A DNA stretch of 64,000 nt from a virus (taxonomy: Duplodnaviria > Caudoviricetes), in the IMG/VR virus record IMGVR_UViG_3300036987_000100, positions 11,664 to 75,663 of that record; one strand, 5' to 3'. Both the position numbers and the translations under genes were made by a program. The notes beneath the pieces are model-generated. The model did not search any database and was not told the origin of the DNA. It worked only from the letters and a program-made list of their open reading frames with translations. Shown in pieces: positions 55,269 to 63,255 of this stretch; position 1 is the first letter of the stretch; the number at the start of each line of letters is the position of its first letter.

Positions 55269-56870
55269 TTACCAACGCTTGGACTTCGACTTGGTGACCG
55301 GATTGCGCGGGGGCTTGGGCGGATGCGCCGGGGGCTTGGGCGAGGTGAAACGCGCTGGTGATGGAGCGGCAGGCCCGGAAGGCGCGGTGAATCCCTTGGT
55401 GCCGACGTGGATTTGGCCCCCCGTGACCTGCACGCCGTAGTTCCCGTAAGGGGTTGCGCCTCCAAGCGCCACCATCCCATGGATGCCAACGCCGCCACCG
55501 GAGACTCCGTTGTTAACAGGGCCAACCGCGAAGCTGCTAGCGACTGCATCCTGCGCCGGAGTACTGGTAACCGTCCCGACAGTGTTAAGCAGCACTTGGG
55601 CCTCAGGGTCGTAACTAGAGCCACCAACTCCCCGGGTGCCCCCCAGCTTGGTGCTATTGAGGAAGCCGCCGCTCATTGCGTACACGCTTGCGTTTTCCAT
55701 CTTGCTGCCGATGGCCTGCGACGCGGTAGAGTGGTTGCTCATGCGGTAGGGAATGAAGAAGTCCGTGTCCGCGCTAAGCATCACGTTTCTCGCCCCTGCG
55801 TAATTACCCTGCTTGGCGAGCACCTCCGCTTCCACCTGCTTCTGGACCAAGATGGCAGTACCGACGATATCCAGCACCTCCTTGATGGGCTCCTTGCTTT
55901 CGCCGCCCGCCTTCACGAACTTCAGCTTGCCTTTCAGCTCCTCGACCTGGGAGTTCTTCTTGCCCTTCTCATCGAGGCAGTCGTAGCTAATTTTTACGTC
56001 CACCACAGAAGTGGCTCTGGGGAAGGCGTTGGGCTGCTTGCCCACCCTCACCGCGAAGACGAGGTGCCGCACCTCCTCGGAGAGGATGTCCGGAAGACTC
56101 ACGACCACGTGGTCGCCCGACTCTTGGCTATCCACGTCGCTGATGACCTCGGTGATTCTGTGGCCAGCGTGCGGCGCGAGTTCCACCTTGATGTTTTGCG
56201 CGTAGCTACTGAGTAATCCCCCCAGTTCACGAGCGAAAGCTGAAAGCGCGTCTTCGGGGTTTTTGATGAAGGCGTAGTTACCCTTGCCGACCTTGGCAAC
56301 ATCAGCGAGTAGCTCTTGGTCCGCATCCGCACCGTAACCAAAAGCGCTGAGGGTCGCCATACCGAGGTTAGCCTCCAGCAATTTGAGGATGTCGGGTCTC
56401 GCGACGGCGACGCCCGTATTCGGCTGCCCGTCGGTGAACATAACGACGCGCATCAGCATCCCACCCGGCAAGTCACCGCCATTGATGAGTTCAAGCCCTT
56501 GGCACATGCCGCCAGAGAAGTTGGTGCTCCCGTTAACGCCAAGTTGCCCTACCGCAGCCTTGAGTTCGTCCTTCCTGGCTTGGGTCACCTCCACCGGCTT
56601 CGAGACGACGAAAACTTGGCCGCCAAAGGCCACCACCCCGCAGTAGTCTCCGGGCTGGAGATGATCAATGAGCTTAAGAACCGACTGCTTTGCGTACTCC
56701 AGCTTCTCTCCCACCATTGACGGGCTCACGTCGATGACGGGGACGATACAGATTCGCGGGCGCTTGACCTGCCAGTCGATTTTCGGGGCCGTAAGACTAA
56801 CGACCAAGTGAACATCGTTGTCCTGCTCGAATGACAGGGCATCAAACGTGAAACGGCTATTTGTCTTCAT
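55269..56870 (-). CDS. VWA (von Willebrand A) domain protein
   Basis: MIDAS DVSPS, GSTN, MFTDGQPN, FGYG, GNY.FI; disordered tail ending KSKSKRW. Confidence 0.88.
   Translation of the reverse strand: MKTNSRFTFDALSFEQDNDVHLVVSLTAPKIDWQVKRPRICIVPVIDVSPSMVGEKLEYAKQSVLKLIDHLQPGDYCGVVAFGGQVFVVSKPVEVTQARKDELKAAVGQLGVNGSTNFSGGMCQGLELINGGDLPGGMLMRVVMFTDGQPNTGVAVARPDILKLLEANLGMATLSAFGYGADADQELLADVAKVGKGNYAFIKNPEDALSAFARELGGLLSSYAQNIKVELAPHAGHRITEVISDVDSQESGDHVVVSLPDILSEEVRHLVFAVRVGKQPNAFPRATSVVDVKISYDCLDEKGKKNSQVEELKGKLKFVKAGGESKEPIKEVLDIVGTAILVQKQVEAEVLAKQGNYAGARNVMLSADTDFFIPYRMSNHSTASQAIGSKMENASVYAMSGGFLNSTKLGGTRGVGGSSYDPEAQVLLNTVGTVTSTPAQDAVASSFAVGPVNNGVSGGGVGIHGMVALGGATPYGNYGVQVTGGQIHVGTKGFTAPSGPAAPSPARFTSPKPPAHPPKPPRNPVTKSKSKRW
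56101..56116. repeat. 16-bp palindrome copy 8, ACGACCACGTGGTCGC
   Basis: Inside the VWA CDS, encodes GDHVV; one terminal mismatch. Confidence 0.9.
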
Positions 56871-57039
56871 TTGGTTGAAACTCCGTGTGCAAGGAAAGGA
56901 AACCTGCTCGGCGCGGAATTGGATGGATTCCCAAGCCTTAGAACCGCCTCAACAATCCAGCACGAGAACTCCAAACCCGAAGGCGCGAATTCCCATGTTT
57001 TACTGCCATGACTCAAGCCAATGGCGCAGTCATACGGCG

Positions 57040-57068
57040 TGTATACCCGGCTTCTTTGCGACAGTCAA
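57040..57068 (-). promoter_or_regulatory. Sigma70-like promoter TTGACT-N17-TATACA
   Basis: About 170 nt upstream of the VWA start, implying a long leader. Confidence 0.6.
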
Positions 57069-57167
57069 GCCCTCACCCAAAAAGGAGGAGGAGGACTACG
57101 AGGATTGGCAGGGTAAAGGGTACTAGATGCCAAATCCACACACTGATGGCTTCGCGGTAAGACACAG

Positions 57168-57896
57168 TCATAAAAGTACTCCAGCTTCGTACAGCTTGGT
57201 TATCAACAACCTCTGGTCTGGATTTCGTGCCAGCATCAGCTCCCGGATTTCCGCGTCTGAGCGGGCGCGGACTTGCCCGTCTTGGAAGTTGACTCTATGC
57301 AGAGCATCGTAGCTATCTGCAAGCGCTAAAATGCGCCCATACATGGCAATGGTGACTTCCGTACCCTTTGAATGCGGGTGTAGGGGCGGAGGGAGTTCCG
57401 CAGGGTATGCGTTCTGTTGGAACTGGTGATGCCAGATAAGTACTTGTGCAGAGAAGTCGAACCGGCCCCGGACCATCCGGTAGCTGTCTTCAATGTGGCA
57501 CTCCATCTCCCTGGAGTCCTCTGCAGTCCACCCCTGCGTCTTACTCAAGGTGGAAAGTAGCACGAGCGCCTTGCCTACGTCGTGCATCAAGCCTGCGAAG
57601 AGGAGCGCTCTTCCGTCCATGTGCATGAACTCAGCAATGGAGGCCGCAGTGAGCCCTACCCGAAGGCAATGCTCATAGGTCGGAGTGTGGACGGGCTCCT
57701 TAACGCGTACAGGAGCAAGAAAGGCATGGAGCGCCTCTTGATCGGCCTTACCTACTGCCAGGCGGCTCAAAGTCTCCTGAAGCCTACCCGGTAAATCGAT
57801 GAAGCTATAGCACCAGCGGCATAACCCCGCGTTGGGCAACAAACATGGGCGCTTGCACTTGCTACACACTTCTTGCGCCTGTTCTTGGGCAGTCAC
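57168..57896 (-). CDS. HD-GYP-like metal-dependent phosphohydrolase
   Basis: TYEHC.RV, GLMHDVGK, HHQ....AYP, ILALADSYDAL. Confidence 0.75.
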   Translation of the reverse strand: MTAQEQAQEVCSKCKRPCLLPNAGLCRWCYSFIDLPGRLQETLSRLAVGKADQEALHAFLAPVRVKEPVHTPTYEHCLRVGLTAASIAEFMHMDGRALLFAGLMHDVGKALVLLSTLSKTQGWTAEDSREMECHIEDSYRMVRGRFDFSAQVLIWHHQFQQNAYPAELPPPLHPHSKGTEVTIAMYGRILALADSYDALHRVNFQDGQVRARSDAEIRELMLARNPDQRLLITKLYEAGVLL

Positions 57897-57911
57897 TGGC
57901 CAACCCTAGCT

Positions 57912-57927
57912 GCGACCACGTGGACGC
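57912..57927. repeat. 16-bp palindrome copy 9, GCGACCACGTGGACGC
   Basis: Intergenic, one internal mismatch, 15 nt before GTG 57896. Confidence 0.85.
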
Positions 57928-57976
57928 ACGAGGACTCTACTGCGCCAAGGAGGAGTCGCATTAAATCTCCGAGAAG

Positions 57977-58366
57977 CTAGCGATGTACTTTCGTCTGCCA
58001 GTACCGCGCGCACATAGCTGCAAATCCGTTGGCAACGACACTGGTGTACTCATCGCTTAGACGGGTAATGACGTCAATGCCATCAGGAGTCCAGACCACC
58101 TCGAACCAGCGCTCCTTGTGCGGCTCCATTCCAATAGCGGGCCCCTTGCGCTTCTTGAACTCCGGAAGCCTCTTGAAGGGGAATTGTGGCTTGCCACGAA
58201 GCTTGATGGACCAAAATTCCATGTCCTTACTCTTGGACTTGCCGTTCTTGAGTGTGCCGTAGGTGATTTCTTCAGCAGCATCACCAAGGTAGTCCTCCAA
58301 CACAAATCGAATACTCGATTTAGCTGGGATTCTTTTCTCCCAATTAATGAATCTATCAACGGCCAT
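57977..58366 (-). CDS. Hypothetical protein
   Basis: 129 aa, AAGGAG RBS. Confidence 0.65.
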   Translation of the reverse strand: MAVDRFINWEKRIPAKSSIRFVLEDYLGDAAEEITYGTLKNGKSKSKDMEFWSIKLRGKPQFPFKRLPEFKKRKGPAIGMEPHKERWFEVVWTPDGIDVITRLSDEYTSVVANGFAAMCARYWQTKVHR

Positions 58367-58515
58367 CCGAAGCTCCTTTATTCAGAAACGCCTTCACCCC
58401 AAAGCAAGCACCTGCAACTTGCCGGGTAGGTCGATGAAGCTGCGGCGCCGGGGACAGAGCCCTTCACCGGGTGACAGACAGGGGCGCCTACTCTTACCGC
58501 AGGCGTCTTGAGTAG

Positions 58516-59100
58516 TCACGCATCGACCTGTGATTCACAGCAAGGCTCCACTGCGCCTTTCTTCTTCAACTTTTCGATTTTCTTGGAATACCCAGAAACT
58601 ACCTTGCGAATCCGCGCGATGCTCGTGTTTAAGCGCTTTAACTGATCCCTGGCGCTCTCGCTGGAGGGATACTTATCTAGATGCTCCGTGCAGTCCTTTA
58701 CCTGCTTCTCATCCATCGCAAGCATCTGGCTCCAGAGTCTGCGCAACGCACAAAGCTTGCTCATGCTTGGAAGGATGCCGTCAGGCCCGTGGCCCCGGTT
58801 AAGCTTTGGAATATCTTCTTTGAAGATTTCATCCAGAGCCACCACAGCGGTAGGACCAACACAAGTAATGAAATCATCCCCACGCACGTGATCCACCCCA
58901 GGGTACAGTAGGTGTGGTAGGTCTATTTCGACGTCGTATCTCCAGACGGGATCCTTGTTCTTCTTCTTGATGGTACCAGTGAGCCACCGTAGCTCGCCCC
59001 AGATTCCACCCATCGGAAGGAATACGACACGGTCACCGGCCTTAAGGGTTACTTGCTCAGCGTCGCTGCGAAGTTGCTTCAAAGAGACGGTGGCACTCAT
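58516..59100 (-). CDS. Hypothetical protein (SH3/KOW-like N-terminus, coiled-coil C-terminus)
   Basis: LKAGDRVVF...GTI...YDVE. Confidence 0.6.
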   Translation of the reverse strand: MSATVSLKQLRSDAEQVTLKAGDRVVFLPMGGIWGELRWLTGTIKKKNKDPVWRYDVEIDLPHLLYPGVDHVRGDDFITCVGPTAVVALDEIFKEDIPKLNRGHGPDGILPSMSKLCALRRLWSQMLAMDEKQVKDCTEHLDKYPSSESARDQLKRLNTSIARIRKVVSGYSKKIEKLKKKGAVEPCCESQVDA

Positions 59101-59339
59101 TACTGCGCACCTCTGAGCGCGTCCTGCAGCATGAGCGCAGCCACTTGCACTTTGCTAGGATTCTCCACGATGCTTCGCAAAGGAGATCCACGACCGTAGT
59201 CTTCAGCGCACCAGACCACACCGTTTTCGTCGATATAGCAATCTTCCCCGGCAAGGCCATCGAGGTGTTTAGTGAAGCATTCCTTCACCGCGCGCTCATC
59301 CAGTTCAATCGCGTGACTCACTACTACCTTCGTACCCAT
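59100..59339 (-). CDS. Hypothetical protein
   Basis: 79 aa, TAATG coupling. Confidence 0.6.
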   Translation of the reverse strand: MGTKVVVSHAIELDERAVKECFTKHLDGLAGEDCYIDENGVVWCAEDYGRGSPLRSIVENPSKVQVAALMLQDALRGAQ

Positions 59340-59349
59340 GCTTTTCTCC

Positions 59350-59886
59350 TCAGAAAGGGTGGTTGTCGGTAATGACTTGGGTGTTCAGGAGCTTAAGCGC
59401 CAAAGAGACGTGCTTCTCACGCAACCCCGTTTCGGGGGCGGTACGCACCAGTCTCGAAGCGAGAGGCCCCATATCCTCCCCGTCGTCGAAAATGACGAAA
59501 GAGGCTATGGGGCCATTCTCATTTATCCACGCCTGAATGTCTTTCCAACGGCTTCCCGGGTATTGGACGCCAATTTTCCCAAGAACCTCACCACGAATAC
59601 CCGCCTTGGAGAAAATGGCACGCAACTCCTCCAAGGTATGAGTCCATCGCCAACTGGAAGTAATCACAACCCCCAGGGGGACTTCTGAAAGTAGCTGATT
59701 GAATACAGCTACATTAGCCGGATCGATACCCATGACCGCCCCGCCCGGCCGGGATTGGTGTCGGTACCGCTCTTTGGTCTTAGAGTGATTCAGCACTCCG
59801 TCAATGTCCGCAAAGATCGCACGCGACGGCATCAAAGCGATATTGGACGCGACGGCCGCAACACCTGTACCCATGCCCTCCCGCAT
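59350..59886 (-). CDS. HAD phosphatase of the Swiss Army Knife RNA-repair type (HAD_SAK)
   Basis: IFADIDGVLN, VVITSSWR, R...I..W, FVIFDD, TGL. Confidence 0.85.
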   Translation of the reverse strand: MREGMGTGVAAVASNIALMPSRAIFADIDGVLNHSKTKERYRHQSRPGGAVMGIDPANVAVFNQLLSEVPLGVVITSSWRWTHTLEELRAIFSKAGIRGEVLGKIGVQYPGSRWKDIQAWINENGPIASFVIFDDGEDMGPLASRLVRTAPETGLREKHVSLALKLLNTQVITDNHPF

Positions 59887-59932
59887 ACATGGTTAGGTAG
59901 GTGTTGTCAAGCACCGGGGCGACATTGGAGTC

Positions 59933-60409
59933 CTAGTGGGCCCCAGATTCCGTTGCCGCAGGCGGTTCCGACGCTACCTTTTCGTCGGCGTCTCCGCCCT
60001 CTCCCCAGATGTAGCTCATGGAGGCGTCCCCCGGCTTACTGGCGTCAATCTGAATCATCCCGTTGGCGTGGGTTTGGCGCTGTGCGTATGTTGCCAGGTA
60101 CCTAAGTCCGCAAGCGATATCTTCCGGCAGCGCAACAGTTGAACCCGGTGACGTAACGGTTACTACGGGCTGCCCATCGGGAAGTTTGGCGTGAGACACT
60201 GCAACCAAGCTCGTCGACTCCTGCGTCCCCAGCCTTTGCTGGCTCCTCACGGCGTCACGGTATCTCGCAATGAGGGCGTAGCTCATCGAGTGCCCAAAAC
60301 GCTTCAACAGGTTCTGCTGTACTTCTGAAAAAGTGGGCTCCTTGGTTTTTGCAAAAAGACTGATGACAAGGTTCGCTCGCTGCTTGGTCTGCTGTCGCGT
60401 CATTTTCAC
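59933..60409 (-). CDS. Hypothetical protein, possible N-terminal HTH
   Basis: 158 aa. Confidence 0.55.
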   Translation of the reverse strand: MKMTRQQTKQRANLVISLFAKTKEPTFSEVQQNLLKRFGHSMSYALIARYRDAVRSQQRLGTQESTSLVAVSHAKLPDGQPVVTVTSPGSTVALPEDIACGLRYLATYAQRQTHANGMIQIDASKPGDASMSYIWGEGGDADEKVASEPPAATESGAH

Positions 60410-60617
60410 GTGGCGTCTCCATCTTCACGCGTAGGGGCATCCTACGTGTCAAGCACTGGTTGTGCTCACGGTAGTAAGTTGCAACTCAGTCGCCAAGGCA
60501 TCCTACCCGTAACTGTGGCGGGTTGGGAGACAACAACCCGCCACTCTCCCCTTTTCCGGGCCTTCAACTTGATGGAACTACCCCATCACATTGGTGGAGC
60601 GCGGACGGTGCTCCCTG

Positions 60618-61154
60618 CTAGAAGTCGTGCAGCAGGAGAGCTTCGGCGGGTCGTTGTGGTAATCGAACGGGCGTGACTACCAACTCACTGAGGTCTCTCA
60701 GGTCCTCTGTCGGGACAAAGTACGCAGGGGGGCGATCACCGTACGTCTCGATGTACGCGGGAGACTTGGCGGCCCCTCCCAGCATCCAACCCATGATGGC
60801 GTAATAGGGACGGGTACCAATGACGTGGACGAAAATATCAGCGTCGTCATCGTCAGGTCGCACGATGAGGCCGTAGCGTCTCTCGCTACGGGTCCTCACC
60901 TGGATGTTTGCGCCGATGTCTGCAGCCTTAAACGTGTTGAGGGTAAAGCCAGGGTAGAGCCCGAAGGCCTTGGCGAAGGCTAGCTCACCTGCGGAACCCT
61001 CAATGTGAATCCTGAGCCCATCCTTGCCATCAAAGCCGTGCCGGTCTTTGCGGTTGGACTGCACGGACTCTTCCTGTCTGGCGGTCCCAAGGGTGACTGC
61101 CATGGCCTCCTCCATAGGAGTGAGAACCACGTTTATCGGTCTGGGCTTGGCCAT
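60618..61154 (-). CDS. Putative PD-(D/E)XK-like nuclease
   Basis: G..GELAFA...D....IQVRT pattern. Confidence 0.5.
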   Translation of the reverse strand: MAKPRPINVVLTPMEEAMAVTLGTARQEESVQSNRKDRHGFDGKDGLRIHIEGSAGELAFAKAFGLYPGFTLNTFKAADIGANIQVRTRSERRYGLIVRPDDDDADIFVHVIGTRPYYAIMGWMLGGAAKSPAYIETYGDRPPAYFVPTEDLRDLSELVVTPVRLPQRPAEALLLHDF

Positions 61155-61172
61155 GGCAGTGGTACTTGAGAT

Positions 61173-61466
61173 CTAAATCTTGCCCATATTTCCGAGCAAA
61201 TGCAGCGAATAATCAATTTTCGCCTTCTGAGCTTTCTTGACCTCCTTCATTGAAGCACTGACGTCCTTGAGGGCCTCCTTGTGCTTCTGGTACTGAGGGT
61301 TCGCTTCAAGTTCCGCAATGGCCACCGAGATGCTGTTGGTGGACTCCACGATGACATTCCGAAGGTCTGCTTCCTTCATCGCGTCCATCTCGTCCTTGAC
61401 TCCGGTTCCGAGGTTCTTGATGGTCTTCTCCATCTTCGAGTCGTACTTCACTTCCGCCTCACTCAT
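61173..61466 (-). CDS. Coiled-coil hypothetical protein
   Basis: 97 aa, AAGGAG RBS. Confidence 0.65.
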   Translation of the reverse strand: MSEAEVKYDSKMEKTIKNLGTGVKDEMDAMKEADLRNVIVESTNSISVAIAELEANPQYQKHKEALKDVSASMKEVKKAQKAKIDYSLHLLGNMGKI

Positions 61467-61493
61467 TTCTGCTCCTTGTTAGTGCTGCATTAA

Positions 61494-61790
61494 CTACTTC
61501 GCCCACACGGCAGCTAAGTCCCAGCGAAGATCTTTTCGAAAACCGGTGCGGACAGCTTCCGCAACCAGTCGCTTAGACTCATCACAGTCCATCGTCAGCC
61601 CAAGGCCTGAACCATTCGGGTAAAACGGCGAGGGCTTCCCGTAGTCCGGATGGTCTGGGGTTTGAGTAGCCCAGTCTGGACCGAACATGGGGCGATTGTC
61701 ACAAGCGCCACATTCAGAGCATTTCCAGACTTCGTAGGTCCCCACGTGACCGCCGTCACCCTCGTAGATAACCCATGTGTGTTTGCTCAC
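61494..61790 (-). CDS. Small zinc-ribbon-like protein
   Basis: WKCSECG motif. Confidence 0.6.
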   Translation of the reverse strand: MSKHTWVIYEGDGGHVGTYEVWKCSECGACDNRPMFGPDWATQTPDHPDYGKPSPFYPNGSGLGLTMDCDESKRLVAEAVRTGFRKDLRWDLAAVWAK

Positions 61791-62116
61791 TTGTCCTCCG
61801 GTCCAATTGGTTCGTCGAGTTCATCTGGATGCTTGCCATACCTGTAATCGAGATTGAGAAGCAGCGTGGTAGGCAGCTCCATTGGACAAATCTCTGTAAG
61901 CTCATACTGAGGGACAATGTCTAATGGGTCTTCCTCGCAAATGGACCCCTCAGTTGGGTGGAAGAGCCGATAGCGCTTCAGAACCCTTCCATCCTCCCGA
62001 GTACGGGATTCGATGGGAAACATGAGTGAGGAGGGAACGCGCACAGGGGAGAAGGGGCTGCGGTTGCAACCACGCGCCTCTACGTATGCTTCGGGAGCCT
62101 CGTCCTTCTTTGGCAT
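61787..62116 (-). CDS. Hypothetical protein
   Basis: 109 aa, coupled to both neighbours. Confidence 0.6.
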   Translation of the reverse strand: MPKKDEAPEAYVEARGCNRSPFSPVRVPSSLMFPIESRTREDGRVLKRYRLFHPTEGSICEEDPLDIVPQYELTEICPMELPTTLLLNLDYRYGKHPDELDEPIGPEDK

Positions 62117-63217
62117 TTAGGCGGTCCTAAGCGACTCTTCCACCAATTGCTGGCAGAGCACGTCCAATGCGTTCCTGTCAGGAGCACGAGGTAGGGCGCT
62201 GGTCTGCATCAACAGCGTCAGTTCCTCGTCCTGTTGGGCGGCCCACGTGATGAGGTCCTCGTACTTCCATGCCCCGCTACGGATGGCAAGAAGTTCATCG
62301 CGGTCTGGACGCCTCACGATGACCTTGCCTAAGGTTAGAATCTCGCGGCACATGCGGAGCAGCCGTACCAGGTGCATGGCGTTCTTAGTGTCGTAACCCC
62401 ACCTCTGTTCAAGTTCAGCACGAGCAGGGTTGCGGTTCTTTTTCCACTCTTGGTACTGCCGCCACTCATTCAGTCGAGCGCCATAGTGGCGCTCCCTATC
62501 GAGAAGTTCCAGGAAATTGTCAGCAAACCCCAAGAGTCGGCCTGCAGCGTGGAACTGCTCGTCCGTACCAATCTTCATCTCAGCCAAAGCGGCAGCCATG
62601 CTGTTCATAATGCCGATACGCGCGGAGTCCGAAACCTCCTCCAAGTCCTTGAAGGACCAACTGTCGAGCTGCTTCTTGATAGCGGCCTGCGCGGTCTCAA
62701 GCTGGTTTGCAGGGATGATGGTTCGTTCCGGAAGGCCGAACTCCTCGCGGGTCGGCTGCGCCTTCGGCGGATTTTTTAACCAACGGTAATGAAGGTTTAC
62801 GCGCTTAAGTTGACTGAGAGCGTAACCGCTGAATGTGTGCTTGGCCTTCTGAGAGAGAAAGGCTCCACGGGCGGACAGCAGCTTCTCCCCAGCCGAAGTC
62901 ACCAAGAGATGATCACTGGAGTCGACCCAAAGCATCTCGATGATGTTGGGATTGCAATCGGCGGCCAGCGCCATGAACTTGCGAAGCTCGTAAATGACCA
63001 TGTCCGGATTGGGGTCACGGAACTCGGCCTGCTCGAACTTGTTGACGAATCCGTAGAAGTACTTTGTAGGAGGAATAGCTACCCCCTTGAAGTCTTCATC
63101 GCTGGATTCAATATTGGTGCCATACGCGTGGCTACCGTGGCGCATTAGGAGAATAGTACTGGCTCGCAGCCACTCTAGGTTCGACTTGGCTAGTGTCTTT
63201 TCGATAAGCGGAATCAT
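62117..63217 (-). CDS. RlaP-like DNA polymerase beta superfamily nucleotidyltransferase
   Basis: GSHAYG...SSD.D.KG, YELRKF..L....NPN.IE.LW, YDTKNAMHLVRLL. Confidence 0.85.
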   Translation of the reverse strand: MIPLIEKTLAKSNLEWLRASTILLMRHGSHAYGTNIESSDEDFKGVAIPPTKYFYGFVNKFEQAEFRDPNPDMVIYELRKFMALAADCNPNIIEMLWVDSSDHLLVTSAGEKLLSARGAFLSQKAKHTFSGYALSQLKRVNLHYRWLKNPPKAQPTREEFGLPERTIIPANQLETAQAAIKKQLDSWSFKDLEEVSDSARIGIMNSMAAALAEMKIGTDEQFHAAGRLLGFADNFLELLDRERHYGARLNEWRQYQEWKKNRNPARAELEQRWGYDTKNAMHLVRLLRMCREILTLGKVIVRRPDRDELLAIRSGAWKYEDLITWAAQQDEELTLLMQTSALPRAPDRNALDVLCQQLVEESLRTA

Positions 63218-63226
63218 GGGGGGCCG

Positions 63227-63255
63227 TTACTACTCGGTAACTATGTCATTGTCAA
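63227..63255 (-). promoter_or_regulatory. Sigma70-like promoter TTGACA-N17-TAGTAA
   Basis: The -35 box overlaps the stop of the endonuclease gene. Confidence 0.6.

Noticed and set aside
60492-60503. GGATGCCTTGGC resembling the 5' region of 23S rRNA
   Set aside because: Only 12 nt; the flanks do not continue the match
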